Of a stretch of 64,000 nucleotides of DNA, positions 46,556 through 60,061 are shown piece by piece. This stretch comes from Gracilinanus agilis (lineage: Eukaryota), in the NCBI RefSeq assembly GCF_016433145.1, contig NC_058130.1, positions 143,768,034 to 143,832,033 of the forward strand, written 5' to 3'. Numbering within the stretch: position 1 is the stretch's first letter; every line of letters begins with the position of its first letter. The notes beneath the pieces were generated by a model. It searched no databases. It had not been told where the DNA came from and worked only from the letters and a program-made list of their open reading frames with translations. The translations under genes and the position numbers were made by a program.

Positions 46556-49500
46556 AAAAGCATAGACTTTCAAGTCAGAGGACCTGGGTTCAAATCCTAC
46601 CTCTGTGATCTTAGATAAGTCAGAACTTACTTGGACCTCAGCTTCCTTGTCTATAAAATAATATGATTGTACTAGCTGTCCCTGGAAGTCTCTCCCAGTT
46701 CATCTATAACCCTACCATCATAATGTTTATTCCATTATCTTGGGTCAACTCATCTCTTGTCCACTAAACTACAGTGATAGTCTCCTAGCTGAACTCTCTA
46801 CCTCTGTATTTTCCCCCTCCAATCTCTTTACTAGTATACTGTGCAAATCTTCCTTATGCTTAGGTCTAAAGAGGTCACTCCCCAGTTCAAAATACTTTAA
46901 GATAGTTTCCTATTGCCTACCAAATAAAGTCAAATTCTTCTGGCCTGGCATTCAGGATTATTCATAGTGTGGTGCCAATCTCCCTTTCTAGTCTCCGTTC
47001 TGACTGCTTCTGGTATTCCAGATCTGTCTAAGCAGATCACATGAAAATTGGTGAATTGTTTTTCACACCTCAACACTACCATCATTCATTTCCTGCTACT
47101 TTAAACCTAACTCCATCCCCATTTCCTTCCTAGAAGTCCCTCTGGTTACTTCCTCTCAACCTGTCCAAATTCTACATTCCTTCCCAGCTTAATTTAAGTC
47201 CTTATCTCCTCCAGAAAGTCCTTCCTGACACAACGATCTTTTCTTCTTCTTAACCCTGTGGCTCTTAGTGACTCTTTCTCACTGTCTCCTAATCTCTGTC
47301 TCTTTTTCTCTCTTTCTCTCTCTTTTTTCCTTTCTCCTCCCTTTCCCATATCTCTCTCTGTCTTGCTTTGTAACCTCTTGTTTTGGTGTCTTAGAATCTC
47401 CTCGCCATTAAGAGAAGAAAATTTAAAACAAACAAATTAACTACGAAGTTGTGTTTTGTACCCAGGAGATCAGGAGAATGAACAAAAGTGGCCAAAACCT
47501 CCATTGCCTGAGTTGTGAAGAGAATAGGCACTCTACAATTCTATAATTCCTTTTGTCTTGGAGGCAGCCTTTTTTTGGTGAAGGAAGAGACTCTGGTTCT
47601 GATCTCAACACAGCCATGAACTCATTGTGTTTATATACCAGCCTTGGGCAAGTTACTTCCCTTTTGGGTAGGCTTCCTGCTTGTCAAACAACGAAATCTA
47701 AAGCACCTTCCAGGTCTTAATATTTTAAAAGTCTTTTTTAGGTCTAACATTAATTATCCCTATTCATTCTAGGGGACAAGGCAGGGTTTATTAGCATCCT
47801 GTATGAAAAAGGAGTTAACTGAGACCTCTTAGAGGGGAAGTCATTTGGCAGAAGCAGATTTGAACCCAGGTTTCCCCTTTCAGCACTCAGTCTCACGCTA
47901 TGAACCATGTTAGTAAATATACTCTGAAATATTAACAGGAAGAGATACTCCGGACCACTGAAAAATGGCAAACCTAGTTAGTTAGGGAGTTCCTGACTGC
48001 TGACTTGTGTCTGTAATCACTTTCTGTAGAAAATTTTCAATATCAGTACTTGTACTAATTATAAGGAATGGAAAGCTATTTAAATTCTTTTTTAAAAAAA
48101 ATAGTATTTATTTTTTTCATTCTTAATTACTTATTTAATTCTGAGTATTTAATTTATTAAGGAGCTGAAGTCTGATGAGTGGTGAAGTGCAGGCAGCAAG
48201 TGTAGATCATGCTTAGAATTTTGTCAGTAAAAGAGAGGATAGGAAAGGTGGCAGCTAAAGGGAGTAGGGCCTGCTCATCCTATCTGCTTTTCCCTCTTTC
48301 ATTCCTTTTAACTTCTTCCCTGACTAACCTCATTCCCATTAGTGGTTGTGGTTTGGCCCTTCCCCCAACCTCTTTCCCAGAAACACTCAGCTTTTCAGTA
48401 TTGATTTGGAATGGCGAACTGGCAAGAGAAACCAGAGACCCATTTCTTGAGGAAAGCCATGGGAATGTGATGCCTGGGGTCCTGGAGGGAATTGGGAGCA
48501 AGCTACCTGAGAGAGGGGGAAGAAGCTAAGGAAAAAAAATCTCTCCTCTTCTTCTCCTTTTCTTTCTTCCTCCCCATCTCTTCTTCTTCCCCTCCTCTCT
48601 TCTCTGTTCTTGTAAAGCAGAATTAAGCCCTGGGATGGGGATTTTCACTGAGAATGGGCAGGAGAACTGAGGAATAGAAACTATGAGGACTCATAAATTT
48701 GGGCCCATGGGGGAGGGGATGGTCATAGAGCTGCTGAAGAGACCCTGGGCAGAGAAGAGAGTGAGAGTAAAGAGATTGCGGAAAGAAGGGCAGAGCCACG
48801 CCCAGAGTCCTACTTGGGGTACCCAGCTCTCAGAAAATCCTCATTTAAGTCGTTGAGGTTTTCTGCAACAGAACTAGACTTCCTACTGGTTGGGGGTTGA
48901 GTAGAGCCCAAAATAGGAGAAACAACTTGACTAACAGTCAGAAAATATATTTGCAATCCAGGCTCAGCAGCCACTTGCTTTGTGTGATTAGCCCTGGGTC
49001 ACTTCTCCTTGCTGGGACTCAGTTTCCATCTCTGTAAAAATGAGGATAAACAATGTCCTGCCTACTCGCCTACCTGCCTATCTGTCTTGTGGGACAAAAG
49101 CTTTTTGACCCTTACGGTTTACATATGGTATGTATTCATAGTGAATGAGAACTGTAGTCAGACAGTCATCCAGATGAACAAATTCAATTCTATTCAGTTT
49201 GAAGACCTACTTCAGTATCTGCTTTTTTTTCTGACAAATGGGAGTGGGGGAGGTGAGGTATGGATCAGATGATCTTTAAGAGGCCATCTAGCTCTCACAA
49301 TTCCCTAAGTATCCAAGACATTTACTGACACTGTGGGTATGTCTGTGTTTTCGAGGTCCTGTGGGAGTTCTGAGAGGCAGCCAGAACTCAGTAGGACTTG
49401 GCTTCTTTCTTAAGAAAACTCAGTCAGGTGGGGGCTGGGGGTGGGGACATGTTCTAGTATAACTACGCAATCTCTGTCTCAACATCCATTGGTATGGGTC

Positions 49501-49744
49501 TCCCTCTGTACCTTGGGACAGGGGTTACAAATTTTATAGCATAGGTTGCTCAAAGAGGAGATGTAGCCACAAACAACAATTATCCCTCCACTGGGGAACA
49601 GAGATATTATCAGAGGCTTGACAGAGACTTCCTCTTTGTTGATTGATTGTGTCTGGGGGAGAAACTGAGGGAGGGGTCTGGCTGGGGGGGGGGGAGAATA
49701 GAGCTCTCCTCTCAGCCCATTTCTAGACCTTCTCTGACCCTGCC

Positions 49745-49747
<3 letters not shown>

Positions 49748-49790
<43 letters not shown>
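49748..49790. repeat. (GT)n microsatellite, about 21 units
   Basis: Direct read. Confidence 0.97.
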
Positions 49791-49792
<2 letters not shown>

Positions 49793-50274
49793 TGTCTAGC
49801 TGTCACCTTGCCTTCATCTCTGAGTCCGGCTTCTCTCCACTTCTCATCTCTATTCTCAATTTCAGTTTCTCTAACTCTTATTGTTTCCCCCTCACTCCTT
49901 CCTCAATTCCATCCAAGAAACCCAAGAGCCATCTTGACATGACTAATTATGATATAGGATGGGATGTAACGAGGTCCAGGCAAAGAGCTGTAAGGGCTAT
50001 GAGATAATAGAAGAGGAAGAGAGCACTTTCAGATGAGTGTGGGGCTGGGAGTAATGCAGAGGTTTCCTGGTAGAGACAGCATCAGAGGTAGACTTTGAAG
50101 GAAGCAATGGAAGGATTTCAATAGTTGGATCCAAGTAGGAAGTGCATTTTCTCTGTATTTCTTTGGGTGAGCCTCTGTCACTCTTCACATCTTTAGACTG
50201 ATGCTGTCAGACTGCATCAAGAGAGAGAGACATAAATTATGTGAGGGCAGAGAAGTTCAAGATGTGTCTTGGAG

Positions 50275-50471
50275 GGGCAGCTGGGTAGCTCAGTGGATTG
50301 AGAGCCAGGCCTAGAGACGGGAGGTCCTAGGTTCAAATCTGACCTCAGTCACTTCCCGGCTGTGTGACCCTGGGCAAGTCACTTGACCCCCATTGCCTAC
50401 CCTTACCACTCTTCTGCCTTGGAGCCAATACACAGTAAGGTAAGGTAAGGGTTTAAAAAAAAAAAAAAAAA
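50275..50471 (+). mobile_element. SINE1_Mdo-type SINE, full length
   Basis: 16-bp TSD aagatgtgtcttggag at 50259-50274 and 50472-50487; long poly(A). Confidence 0.94.
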
Positions 50472-51513
50472 AAGATGTGTCTTGGAGAATGAGTGCTTGG
50501 AAGGAGGTACCTTTAAGAGGGGAAGACAGGGAAACCGAGAGAGCAAAAGAAATGACTGTTCCCTTCCACATTTTCCCATATCCCCCATTTTGGGGGGCAG
50601 GATATGAGGGGCAATGATGGCACTAGGGCTGCTTCCCTCTTAGGACCATAGAGCTCATTTCCTAGGCTCTATCTCTTCCTGGGCTCTCTGATATATGTGT
50701 CTGTGTCTCTGTATATGTATGTATTTAGGATACATATGATATACCTGGTTTTCTTGAAATCTTCAGACACCTCCCCCCCTGCTAATCACTCTCCCCTGTT
50801 TCCTCCTGCTCCAGGAGCCTAGCTTTTCCATTCCTTCATGTCCTTCCCCTTCTCCCCAAGCACTTGCCACAAGGTCCTCTCAAATCCAAGATTCTGTGAC
50901 AACCTTTTTGTTTCCTAGTGCCTTTCCCTCACCCTAGTTGTTTTTCTCCAGGTACCTCAGCCCCTAGTACCTCAGTTCTCTTTTTCTGGCCCTGGTCCCC
51001 TGCCCTATTTCCTCTTCAGCCATGCCTCTCCCTCCAAGGATTCAAGCATCATCATATGGAGCATTTATCATCTCCTTCACTCTCAATTCCCCCTCCTCTC
51101 CAACCCACAACCTTGTTCAATCTCAGCCTCTTCTTCAAATCTGCTGGCCTTTGAGGTTCCCAGGTTTACCACTAACTAGGGGAAATTGGGCCATTTCCCC
51201 ACACTCCGCCCCTAAAGGATGCTGTAACCTGCCTTGCCCTTCTCTGCTGCCTAGTACACTCCCAGTCTGTGGATCCCCTAGGTATTTGAGGCTTTTTGGA
51301 CCCCTCAGCCTGGAGCCTTTGGTAGTCCAGAGACATCTTTCAATCTGGTACCCAGGAATCTGACTCTTCAATCTCAGCTGCCTCACCTGAAGAGCAGGGC
51401 GTGGCTGGGCAGGGTGGCTCCCTCTCTGACCACCCCTTCTCTGCTTCTGGGCTGCCCCTTTCCATCACTCCTTCCCTTGATTTAACTCCAAGAGCCTGGC
51501 CTGAGCCAGGGTC

Positions 51514-54500
51514 ATGTGGCTGCCAGAGTATCCTGTTCTTAGCCTGCTCCTGCTCCTGCTGCTGCCAGCCCCAGTCCCAGCTCGAGCTCTGGGGCCCTCT
51601 GCCCAGGATGTCAGTCTGAGCGTGGTGAGTGCTGACAGGGGGAAAAGGGAGGGGGCTAGATCCAGGGAAGGTGGGGTCTGGGGTGTGGGCAAATGGAAGC
51701 TGGGGTCCTAGATATCTGAGTCAAGGAGCCTGGCAGGGGTGAGAGCACCCAGGAAGGCACAGCTCTCTCCACATTTCTGAATGGAGAGTCCTAGAGGGAG
51801 CTGGGGTTCTGAAAGGTACAGAATGGAGCCAGGGCGGGGATCCGGGGTCTGGAAAGGCAGAGAGGAGCCAAGAACCGGGACCCCTGGGTTTGGGAAAAGG
51901 AAAGAGAGAGAAGCTGGAATTCTGGCCACCAGGGTCCAGGATCGGGGAGAGAGGTCTGGGACCTAGTGTTCAGGAGGATATTCAAAGTGAATTGATGGGG
52001 GCAGCTAGGTAGAAACTTCCTAGCTGTGTGACCGTGGGCAAATCACTTAACCCCCATTGCCTAGCCTTTACCGTTCTTCTGCCTTAAAACCAATACATAG
52101 TATGGATTCTAAGATGGAAGGCAAAGACTAAAAAAAAAAAAAATACTGAGCTGAGGACTAGGATCTCCGCGTCTGGGAGCAGATGTAAAACCTAGGACCT
52201 AGACGGGAGAAAGGGAAAGCTGGGGACCCGGGACATCTCGATCCCAGACACAGGGAGGGAAGCTGGAGCCCTGGCTGCCGAGGTCACGGAAGGGAAAGAA
52301 GCCAGAAGGAGAGGAGGGAACTAGGTCTTCCTGGGTCCTGGAGTCTGGGAGTATGTAAGATGGACCCAGCACGCCAGGAGACAAGATAGGGAGGAGGAAA
52401 TACCTGGACGGGGTCGGGGAAGTGGAGGCTAGGATCTGCGGCTGAGGAGCGTGAGACAAACAGCACGAAGCTTAGGAACGCCCGGCAGGATCCCCGGGGT
52501 GTCTGATCCTCGCCTTAGACTTAGATGTGGGGTTATCCTCAACTTCATCCTTGTTGGATGGCGAAACAGGAGATGACAAGTCCACCAACTTTTGGCTCGC
52601 TACCGCTGGACTCCGGGAGGCTCCGGGTGCTCTAAGCCCCGCCTCTCCCAACCCCACCCCGGCACTCCGTTCCCAGTTAACCGCTTCTTTTTCGTGGTCC
52701 AGGACTGGCTCACTCGCTATGGCTATCTGCCCCCGCCCCACCCCGCTCAGGCCCAGCTGCAGAGCCCAGAACAACTCCGGGACGCAATCAAAATCATGCA
52801 GAGGTTTGCCGGGTTGAAGGAGACGGGCCTCATGGGTAATGAATGATCATTCCCTTCCTCCCAAACACCCCTTGCCCCATTCCAGCCATCGCTGGGGAAG
52901 GAAATAGAGACTATCCAAGGAGAAAGGGAAGAAGCATTTATCAAGCCCCTACAGTATGCCGTGCCTTGGACTAAGCACTTTATAAATCATGTCTCATTTA
53001 ATCCTCACAACAGCTTTGTTAGGAAAGTGCTATTGTTATCTCTAGTTTACAATTGAGGAAACTGAGGCAGACAGGGGAACCGTTTTGTGATTTGCCTTTG
53101 GTCATGCAATATGTATCCCATCCCAAAGCTAGAGGCTCTGCTCAAGTCATCTTCAGCAATTCTGTTTCCCCATCTCAAGAACTACTGTATATAATTTCTT
53201 ACCTCCCTCTCTGTCCAGCCCTCCTGCTCTTTCAGATCTTCCTTGTAGCCTCCAGGCATTGGGAAGACAGAAGGAGCAGGTCTATCAAGTTCTGAGACCC
53301 TTAGTTCTTGCCTGGACCCCAAATCTCAGAAGTGCTACAAAGTTCTAAGGCTTTCAGGAGCTCAGGGGGTGAAGGTGGGACTGGAGAATGCAAAGTAAAG
53401 GTGCCTCGTACTAGGCAAATGGAGTTATTGCTGGTCTAGAGATCTGCAGAATGGGGTAGAAGGAAAGACTTCAAAACAAACTAGAAGATGGGGGAGAGAA
53501 TAATACTAATCTAGCCGATCTTGCTCCATACCTCCTATTGTCTGGCTTTCTACTCCCAGAAAGTGGTCAATAATGATATTAGAATTCCCAATCCTAGGAG
53601 CTGCACTCTCCCCACCTCTCTCTCCCCACTTTGCTTTTCTCCTCCTCCCCTCCCCTCCCTCTCTCCCTCTCCCTCTGCCTATCTCTTTGTCTCTTCCTGT
53701 CTCTGTCTCTCTCCCTCACTCTTTCTCTCTGTCTCTGCACCCCCAACCCTTACTTTCCATTTTAGAATCAATATTATGTATAGGTTCCGAGGCAGAAGGG
53801 TGGTAATGGCTAGGCAATGGGGGTTAAGTAACTTGCCCAGGTTCACCCACCTAAGAAGTGTCTGAAGTCAATTTGAGCCCAGGACCTACCATCTCTAAGC
53901 CTGTTCTCTATCTACTGAGTCACCTAGCTGACTCTCCCCACCCCATTTATACTCTCTTGTGATCAACTTCTAGGTATAGGGTTAAGCACCTGTCCATCGT
54001 CCCTTTGACCTTTCATGTCCCATCTCCTTTCCAGATGAGGATACCTTGGCTACCATGAAGAAACCAAGATGTTCCCTACCTGATGTTCTGGGAGTAGCTG
54101 GGTTAGTAAGAAGGAGGCGGTATGCCCTTACAGGCAGCTTCTGGAAGAAGAAGCAGCTGTTCTGGAGGTTGGTTCTAGATTTTATTTTTGATTTCTCTCT
54201 AGCTAGCTAGTTGTGCCTGTCACCAGCCCCCTGAAGGGGTCTATAGTGCCTGTGAGTTAGCATATTACTCATTTGTCTTCCTCCTCATGGTCTTATATTA
54301 GTTTCAATGAGTTCAGTGCCTAGTTCAAAATCTTTCTCTCCTCCCTAACTCTTCTCCTCATTCTAGAACATTTCATCATACATATTGATATTCCCTCAAA
54401 TTCCCTATCCATTCCTCAAATGACTCATTCCCCATGAACTTTTCTCTGCCACATATTACACACAAAGACAGTCATACCATACATCCTGCCACAGGATCAC

Positions 54501-57500
54501 AACTATCAGTCACATCAGCCACAAATGTGTCACTTCCATGTTCACAAACTCTGAAATTCCTTTACTTGATCACAATCTTGACTCTTCTACCTGTGTACCT
54601 TCCAAAACTAAACCTTGTTTTTTCAGTATCCTGACCTTCAATTCTTCAGTCTTCTCCTAGACCATTGCTCCTGCATTAGCTACATTCTCATCCTTTCCCT
54701 GTCTTTACCCCATGGTGAGCTAATTCAATATTATATACTGTTCTCTCCTCTTGAGTCCCTTATCTTCATTGTACTGTTTTTTTTTTTTTGCCCTGCCAAA
54801 TGTCAGCTTTGTATTACTTCCACTCTCTGCTGTCCTTATTCCTATGCAAATGGTACTGAATAAAGGTAAAAAAAAAAAAACAAGGAGAACAATAAAAACA
54901 CACAAAACCTTGGTGAATCTACTACCAATTTGTGTTAGATAATCTTAAATGGGTCCTCACTGCTGTAAGGCAATCCTTTTATGCCTACCAAATTAACTTG
55001 TTAATTCCACTCACCATATCTTTTCCAAACTTTTTCATCTCTCCTCAAAACTCCCTTGGCTCCTTTTCCCCAACCCAGTTAGCTGTGAAACTGAGAAGTT
55101 TGCTTGATTTCACTGAAAAAAATCAAGGCCATTTGCCAGAGAAATCCCTCTCTTTCCTTCCTTCTCATCTCTTAGCACCCAGATGCCCTTAACTACTTTC
55201 TCTTCCTTCACTCTTGTCTCATATGAAGAGTTGCCATTCTTTTTGCCAAGGTTAACCCCTCCATATGCACAAGTAATCCCATTCTATCCCTTCTTCTCCA
55301 GGAGATTACCTCCTCTATTGCCTTCACTCTCTCATTTATCTTCAATTCCTCCTCATCTACTATCTGCTTCCCTAATACCTACACCTACAAATATGCATTT
55401 CCTCTATCCTCAAAAAACCCTCATTTGATTCATCCATCTCTGCTAACTATTGTCTCATATGTCTTCTGCCTTTTGTGACTAAACTCCTTGAGAAAGTTAT
55501 TTACGAAACATGCCTTTGCTTCCTCATTTCTCACTCTTTTAACTCTGTTGCCTGGCTCCAACCTCATCATTCAACTGAAAATGCTCTTTCCAAAGTTATT
55601 AATAATCTTTTAATTGCCAAGTCCAATGTTCTTTACTCAAGCCTCACCCTTCTTGACCTGTTGAGGCTTCTGACACTGCTGATCACTTTCTTCTCTTTGA
55701 CAACTCCCTTCTCTCTAGGTTTTTAGGACACTGCACTTTCCTGTTTCTCTTCCTAACTATCTGACCATTCCTCAGATTCCTTTGTTGGATCAATCATCCA
55801 GGTTGTGCCTACTAACTACAGATTTCATGCAGGGATCCATTCTAGTCCTGGACCCTCTTCTCTTCTTCTTCTATACTGTTCCACTTGGTGATCTCATCTG
55901 CTCCCATGGATTCAAGGATCATCTTGATGCAGATGACTCTTAAATATACTTACGTACCCCTAACTGTTAATCTCTAGTCTAGTTAATCTCTGTCTGTTAA
56001 TCTCTAGTCTTGAATCTTCTATTGCCTGTTTGACATCTTGAATTGGAAGTTATATAGACATCTCAAAATCAGCATATCTGGGGGCATCTGGGTAGCTCAG
56101 TGGATTGAGAGTCAGGCCTAGAGATGAGAGGTCCTAGGTTCAAATCCAGCCTCAGACACTTCCCAGCTGTGTGACCCTGGACAAGTCACTTGACCCCCAT
56201 TGCCCACCCTTACCACTCTTCCACCTAGGAGCCAATACACAGAAGTTAAGGGTTAAAAAATAAATCAACATATCCATATCTAAATTCATTATCTTTAACC
56301 CTAAACCCTCCCCCTGTCCATGCATCCTTATAATCGAGGGTATAATTTTCTCCCTACTCCAGTCCATCAACCACTGGCTAAAGTCAAGATATTACCATGT
56401 TATTCTCCTCCTCATAAAACAACAGTGGTTTCCTATCTTCTCTGTGTTTGATATTTAAAACCCTTCCTCACCTGCCTCCCCATATCCCATCTTTTTATAC
56501 TTTATACCCAACCATATACTCTTCAATGTCTTTGTTCCTCAAATAAGACCTTTTATCTCCCATCTCTGGGTATTTTCACTGGCTGTTCCCCATGTGCCTT
56601 TCTTTGTATCTCTTGTGATTAGTATATCTTGTGATTAGGATGATACATAGAAGGTACTTAATAAATGTTTATTGAATGGCTGACTGGATTGTTTTTTGTT
56701 TTTTTAAACATAAGATTGGGTTGTTTTATCACTCCTCCAAGTCATTGTTTTATTCAGCCACCATATGTTCCTCCTTTTAACACTGGACTCTCTTCTTTGG
56801 ACACTAGGGTTCAATCTTTCCCACAAGGCTCTGCCCTCAGTCAAGACACTGTTCGGAGTTTGATGTACTATGCTCTGGCTGCCTGGGGGACTGAGGTGGG
56901 GATGACATTTAAAGAGGCTGAACCCGGGGTAGGAATGGAGCCTGAGCTTCTCATCGACTTTGCTCGGGCCTATCACAAGGACAGCTACCCCTTTGATGGG
57001 CCTGGGGGCACGCTGGCCCATGCCTTCTTCCCTGGAGACCACCCCATCTCTGGGGATACCCACTTTGATGATGATGAAGTCTGGACCTTTGGAGCAAGCG
57101 GTATGGTCCCCCTGAACACCCCCTCTTTGTTCCTCAGAAAACCCTTATTCCACAGAATCCAAGTCCTCCACTTAGACATTTCCCTTCCCTGAAGACCCAT
57201 TCTGCTACATTTAAGAAAAGTTTACTGAGTTTACAATCCTGCATGGAAAGCTGATGAAGAAGGAGAGGAGGCCAATTTATAAGAAGCAGAAGAAAAGGCC
57301 TCTGGTCTTGGGAGGAGTTTAGTCAAGTTGAGGAGAGATAGCTTGCACAGGAAACAATATGAGAGAAGAGCAAAGACTGTGTGTATAAGCCTAAATTCTT
57401 AGTATTGTTTCTGTGATGGAGGAAAGTAATGTGCAACAAGGCTAGAAATGTAGGTTGGTGTCAAGTTGTGAAGGATTTTAAAAGCCAAAGAAAGGAGTTC

Positions 57501-59628
57501 AGATTTTCTCTTAGAGGCCATAGGGAGTCACTGAAGTTTGTACAGTAGGGGAGTGAAATGGTTAGTTTTTCACTTCAGGAAAACCACCTGGACAACTGTG
57601 CCTCTAGAGCAGATCCTCAAGATCAGTTGGACCAGAGTCCCTTTTCTCACCATCTGATTCCTGCCTCCTCCTAACCCACAGATGGCAGTGGGACAGACTT
57701 GTTTGCTGTGGCTGTGCATGAGTTTGGCCATGCCTTGGGTCTGGCCCACTCCTCAGCCCCTGACTCTATCATGCGGCCTTTCTACCAGGGTCCAGCTGGG
57801 GACCCTTTGAAATACCGGCTCCCACATGATGACCGAGAAGGGATCCAGCAGCTTTATGGTGAGTGCTGGGACCCTCTATTTTTTCCTTTCCCAGAAATGA
57901 ACCAGGAGCTGTAGGTACAAAAAACAATCAAAGTCCCTTATACTTCTCTGTTTTTTCCCCTCTGTTGCTTCTCAACATTTAATTTTCATTACAATCCTAT
58001 AAGAGCAACAGGGGAAATGAAGTGTTTTACCCAAAGTCATGAAGCTAATAAGTAGTGGAACCAAGACTGGAACCCAGGACTTCTAAAATTCCCAGTCTAT
58101 TTGTCTTTTCTACCATTCTCCATCTTGATGATGGAAAAGAGAATCCTTTCTAGAACTTGCTGCCTTTTAGCCTCTCCATTTTACCTTACCTCTACTTCTT
58201 TCTCCCTCTAGGAAAGGGTCCAAATCATCCATACCCAAAACCAACTCGGAAACCTCTAGTTCCCCCTCCCCAGTCCCCAGGGCAGCCCCCAGAGAGGTAA
58301 GTATCCCCTGCTCTTCTGATCCATCTCCAGTTCCTCCCCAGTCCCCTTCTCCCTTCTCTCTTTCCCACCCCTTCCCCACCATCCTGAGCTTCATCCCCTT
58401 TATCCCTAATGATCTTCCCAGTTCTCTGCTTCAATCCCATCTCTCTTCCCCTTTCCCACTCCTGCCCTTCCTCCCAGCCCCTCGGTCCCAGTTCCTGACC
58501 GGTGTTCTGGTAACTTTGATGCTATTGCCAACATTCGTGGTGAGGTGTTCTTCTTTAAAGGTGAGTGAACTCTGACTCCTATTAGCCTTATCCTGGAATG
58601 TTGACCTCCTTACCATATGTCTTACTCATCCCCTGGGCCATCAAGCCACTACTTCCCTTTGCTTTTGATCCATCTGTAGTAACGACCTGTGGCCCTTTTA
58701 ACCCCTTAAATTATGTTGTCCAGGCCAATGCCAAGAGCCCCGTCATACCACTTGTGTCAGATGGAGTAAGGCTAAAGAGGGTAGAGAACTAATCCAATCC
58801 TCCAATCTCTACAGACCAGGTCTACTCTACCCTGGAACCTGGGGGTGGGTGACTTTAGGGCTGATAACCCTGCTATACCCTAGGACCTTGGTTCTGGCGC
58901 CTTCAGCCCTCAGGCCAGCTGGTGTCCTCTCGCCCAGCGAAGCTGCACCGATTCTGGGAAGGACTGCCTGAGAATGTGGTGACTGTGAATGCAGCCTATT
59001 CTCGGCCCTCAGATGGACGAATCTTGCTTTTCAGTGGTGAATAGAGGGGATGATGGTGATGGGGGAAGAAAGATAAATAGGAAAATAAGGAGAGAGTCAA
59101 AGAGAGCCTGAAAAGATATGGGGAGAAAAGAATCGCAAAGGGAGAACGCTGTGGACCGAGATACGGAGATGGAAGAGCCATGGAAAACTGGATTGGGATG
59201 GGGGTGAGCAAGAAGAGACAATTGGAGATAGCTTAGGAGAGCTTGAGAGGAGGAGAGAGCTAGAGAAGCATGAACAAGGAGACCAACATGGTGCCTCACC
59301 ACTGGGAAGGGAAGGGACAAAATTGATGGAGCTTTGGATTTGACTGACTTTATTCCACTGCATCCTCAGGAGACCAGTTCTGGGTGTTTCAGGACCGGGA
59401 GCTGGAGGCTGGTTCCCCAAAGTTGGTGACTGAAATGGGGCTTCCCCCTAAGGAAACTGTGGATGCTGTCTTCTCTTGGCCCCAGAATGGGAAGACATAC
59501 CTGATCCGAGGCGAACAATACTGGCGTTATGATGAGGCTGTCCATAGCCCTGACCCTGGCTACCCTAAGAGTCTGAGCCTGTGGGAGGGAGCACCCTCGG
59601 CACCTGATGATGTGACTATTGGCAACAG

Positions 59629-59676
<48 letters not shown>

Positions 59677-60061
59677 GGTGACTTGGTGAAGAAAGTATGC
59701 CTGGATCTGGGGAGAAGTAAGCTGAGGGAAGAGTGGTCTTCTGAGAAGCACACTGACCTTCCCTCATTCTCATTCTACAGGTGACACTTACTTCTTCAAG
59801 GGTACCAAGTACTGGCGATTTGCTCCAGGTAGTGTGGTGGCAGAGCCTGGTTCTCCCTCCCACATGGGACCAGATTGGCTGGATTGCCCTGCTTCTGCCC
59901 CAGATCCTCCAGCACCAAGACCTAAGTCTCCACGAGTCCCAGAGCCTGGCAATTGTCAGTGTGAGATCAATCAGGCAGGGAGCTCAAGCCGGAGACTTCC
60001 TGGCTTCCTCTTCTTCTCTTCCCTTCTCTCCCTCCTCCTGGGCACAGTCATTTGGTCCTAA
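51514..60061 (+). CDS. MMP25: Matrix metalloproteinase-25 (MT6-MMP, leukolysin), 10 coding exons, 569 aa
   Basis: Exons 51514-51624, 52703-52835, 54035-54167, 56808-57100, 57682-57858, 58212-58296, 58478-58560, 58884-59036, 59370-59630, 59781-60061; in frame (1710 nt). Signal peptide, Cys switch PRCSLPD, furin site RRRR, zinc motif [11 protein letters not shown], Met-turn SIMRP, hemopexin repeats, stalk CQC and hydrophobic GPI-signal tail. Confidence 0.97.
51997..52143 (+). mobile_element. SINE1-type SINE with internal deletion
   Basis: The head ggggcagctaggtag joins directly to acttcctagctgtgtgacc; A tail present. Confidence 0.8.
53745..53935 (-). mobile_element. SINE1-type SINE
   Basis: aacccttactttcc...ggcaatgggggttaagtaacttgcccagg...ctactgagtcacctagctg. 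Confidence 0.82.
54250..56640 (+). mobile_element. L2 LINE relic in MMP25 intron 3
   Basis: ORF 55475..55726 contains [23 protein letters not shown]...LTLLDL, a non-LTR RT motif of L2 type. Boundaries approximate. Confidence 0.82.
56080..56260 (+). mobile_element. SINE1_Mdo-type SINE inside the L2 relic
   Basis: Consensus match with imperfect TSD aaatca(g/a)catatc. Confidence 0.92.
59631..59672. repeat. (GT)21 microsatellite beginning at the MMP25 exon 9 donor
   Basis: ...GGCAACAGAG|GTGTGT... direct read. Confidence 0.97.

Noticed and set aside
48940-49475. C/EBP-like motifs upstream of MMP25
   Set aside because: Too short and degenerate to distinguish from chance.
55964-56010. Three roughly 15-bp tandem copies of ctgttaatctctagt
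   Set aside because: Local slippage inside an L2 relic, with no sign of function.
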